A stretch of DNA of 64,000 bases, from assembly GCF_001447785.1 (NCBI RefSeq), contig NW_015160869.1, positions 186,001 through 250,000 of the forward strand, read 5' to 3'. This document shows, piece by piece, positions 61,127 through 64,000 of this stretch. The first letter of the stretch is position 1. Each line of letters begins with the position of its first letter. The notes under the pieces are model-generated. The model was not told the DNA's origin and did not search any database. It saw only the letters and a program-made list of their open reading frames with translations. The stretch comes from Gekko japonicus. Its lineage: Eukaryota. A program made the translations under genes and the position numbers.

Positions 61127-64000
61127 AAAGCCATAGAGATAAAGGTAGTTGGACAATGTCAAATTTCAAAAACATTAGTCTTGGTCAGGGAATGCCAAGT
61201 CTAAACTGAAGGTAAATTGTGCAGTCTCAACTTGGAAATGGGGATAGATGAGTTCACCCAGTGCCCCCTCCATTGTTATTCATTGGGAATGTTGAGCACT
61301 GCTGTTCACTCCAGTTGTCTTCTGGCAAGAAAGGAGAAGTTCTGAGTGGTGATAAATGATTTTGTACAGAAAAGGAAAAAAAGACTTACCAAAATGAGGG
61401 GGGGGGGATTATTCCTTTGCGGTTTTTTTCCTTTGTTGCCTTTTTGTAAGAATATACAAGTCTTCCAATGATAATCAAACAAAAGTTTAAAAAATACTAA
61501 AAGATTCAATTTCCTTGGGAGAAAAGAAGTTTATTACTCAAAGGAATAATATTTTCCAAGGTGCAGGTCTTTTTTGATGTTGTTATATTTTAAAACTTCT
61601 GCTACCTGCTGGTTTGCTAGTATCTTTCAGAAGGAGTAAGGAGTTGTAAAGAGTAAAAGTTGTAAAAATTTCAAGAAAATATGTATTTTTTAAAAGACCT
61701 GCTTCTCCAGAAGACAAAAAAATGCAACATCAAAAAATCCCAAGTAATAGGTGCCCTGCTTTATTTATTGTGTTGCCTTAGCCAGACTCTGCCTTCCCAA
61801 AATTAAAGAAAAGTTTATTCAGTTGAGTTACTCATTTTGTTGACCTTATTGCCTTTGGAAAATTTGCAAGACCCAGAAATCAAGTAACTAGTTGCCGGTT
61901 CAAATATTATTAGTACCACTCTAATAAATACTTGTACTAATTCAGAACCCCAAACTCCTGGAAGAAACTTGGCAGGCGAGGACCTGGAACCGCAGACGTT
62001 GCCAAATGAGCATCACGCTATCTGATGGGCAGGGCTCTTACATCTTCTGCCTACCTGCTTGCCAACTGCCGCTACAGCAGCAATGGCACCATTAACATAG
62101 TTTAGGCCTCGTACAGGTACACTGCAGAATGAACTGGTAGAACCTGAGGTAGTAGAATGGACTGCATTGCAGGTGGAGAGTAAGATTTTTAATGCTCCCC
62201 ATGTAAAAACCCCTCATAAACATTTTTAATACATCAGGGAGAAAGGTACTACCCTACATTGTTGGATACTGTGCTGTTTTCCAGTTTACCAGGAATACAG
62301 GGGAACTTTGAATAATGTAGTTCCTCACCTACAGTCCGAAGAGTGTCACCCCTGAACCCCTATGAGCCATACTATGCACAAGCATATAGGGGAGAGTCCA
62401 TCTTAACCAATCCAAAAGCCCTGTCAACAGCCTGAAATAAGATGAAAACTACACAAGCCAAGAACTTGTCTCATGATTCCATGAGATTACGGTTATAGGA
62501 TGGTTATGAGACATTTACAAACATCTAAGAATACATAATAGGTTTCCCAAATAGTGCCCACCATTAAATTGAACAATCAAGCAGGGTTAAATAACAAAGA
62601 TGGGACTATCTCTTGTCACAATCAGCATAGCTGCTCCTGGTGAGGTAATTTTTGATCCTCCACAACCACCAGGAGACACAAAATCTAAGAGTTAAATAGG
62701 CAGACTCTTAGACTGGTAAAGGGGGCACAACTTCTTCTCAAAAACTGACCTCTACCTTCATGGTACTTCAGAAATCCAGCTCATAGTTACAGGAACAAAT
62801 AATGCCCCCTTTAAGGCTCCATGTTTTCTTTCTGCATCTCCCCCGTCATCTTCACCAAGGATACAGTCCCTGTTTTCATGTGTTGGGACACTTCATGCAC
62901 CGACTCTTTGAGATTTAATAAATCTTTATAGCCGCAAAGCAACCATTTGGTCTGATCTGATTTGCAACTCAAACTATGAATGCATACATTGGCTGAATCC
63001 AGTTTAAATGCCCTTTTCTCTCTAACTTTTTAACCTATTCCCGATGATCAATAAAAACAGCCTATTAAATTAGAGTTGTCGCTCCTTCATTTCCCTCAGT
63101 ACCACTTCCAAACACCCTTGTGTATACACAGGCTTGCAACCTGAGTCAGGAGATATGCATGTGAAGGCCACGTGTGTATTCTCATTTTCCAGCTAGCAAG
63201 TGGCACAGTCCATTCTATGACCTCAGTACTCCACTACCTCATTCTGCTACATGTGTAAATACAGACCTTTAGCCAGTGCTACACAGGTCAGATATGTGGA
63301 TGAAGGAGAGAAGAAGGAGATCTTCTCCAGCTCAGACATACAAGAGGTTCAGTTTTTGTTGGGGTTTTTTAATTCCACAAGGGTGACGTGTTAAGGGCCA
63401 AATCACTCACTGGACAGGAAGTTCCTGACTGAGAGAGCAATCCTAAACAGATCTACTCTGAATTCTACTACAGTCTTTTCAATAGGGCTTACTCCCAGGA
63501 AAGTGTCCTTAGGATTGCACAGTGAATCCCCCGGTGTTTTGTTTTCACTTTAGCCAGCTATGGTGATGGGAGCTCCCAATTTGACTGGAGCAGGGGCACT
63601 GGAGGAATGGGGGTTAATATTCTACACTGTCCTGTTTATTTGATCTAAATTGCCTTCCAAAACTTCTTGTAATATGTGTAATTTAGGGAAATGACAACCA
63701 GGGAAAGGGTAAAGCCTTCCCTTTCCAACTAATTCAGAGCCCTCACAGCTGCTTTCAGGTAAAAAACAAAAACAACACACTTGGTAATCCAGTCACAGAT
63801 CTTGAACATTTATATGCTGCTTGGCTCTTAAATGGGTCAAGTCATGGTGTATGGTTAACCTTTGTACCTCAGAGACTCCTGTGGTACTGTAATTAATTAA
63901 TCAATCTGGACCAGAGAGAGAGAGAAGACAATTAACCATTTTGGTAAAAAAAAAAAAAATCTGACATAATACTGATGCGAGTAGAGGCAGTAGGAGTTTA

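Overview
Eukaryotic (vertebrate) genomic DNA. The repeat content (Squam3-like tRNA SINEs with (CTT)n tails, 5S-derived SINEs, RTE-BovB, CR1, Penelope remnants) suggests a squamate reptile, probably a gecko-like lizard (inference). The only host gene I can support is the 3' end of neurexin-1 (NRXN1) on the + strand. It comprises the penultimate coding exon (26054-26141; [26 protein letters not shown][GGL], with the tandem splice-site-5 donors), a ~24.5 kb last intron, the terminal coding exon (50609-50913; transmembrane helix and C-terminal ...KEYYV PDZ ligand) and an AU-rich 3' UTR. The rest is intron or intergenic DNA dense in transposons, many with readable target-site duplications (TSDs): hAT-type MITEs (8-bp TSD), Harbinger-type MITEs (3-bp TSD), a solo LTR (5-bp TSD), and LINE and SINE copies. 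The most notable non-gene signal is a recurring set of Penelope-like inverted-repeat elements carrying minimal hammerhead-ribozyme motifs (CUGAnGA...GAAA), together with several long hairpins inside the NRXN1 pre-mRNA. Most ORFs in the supplied track are spurious.
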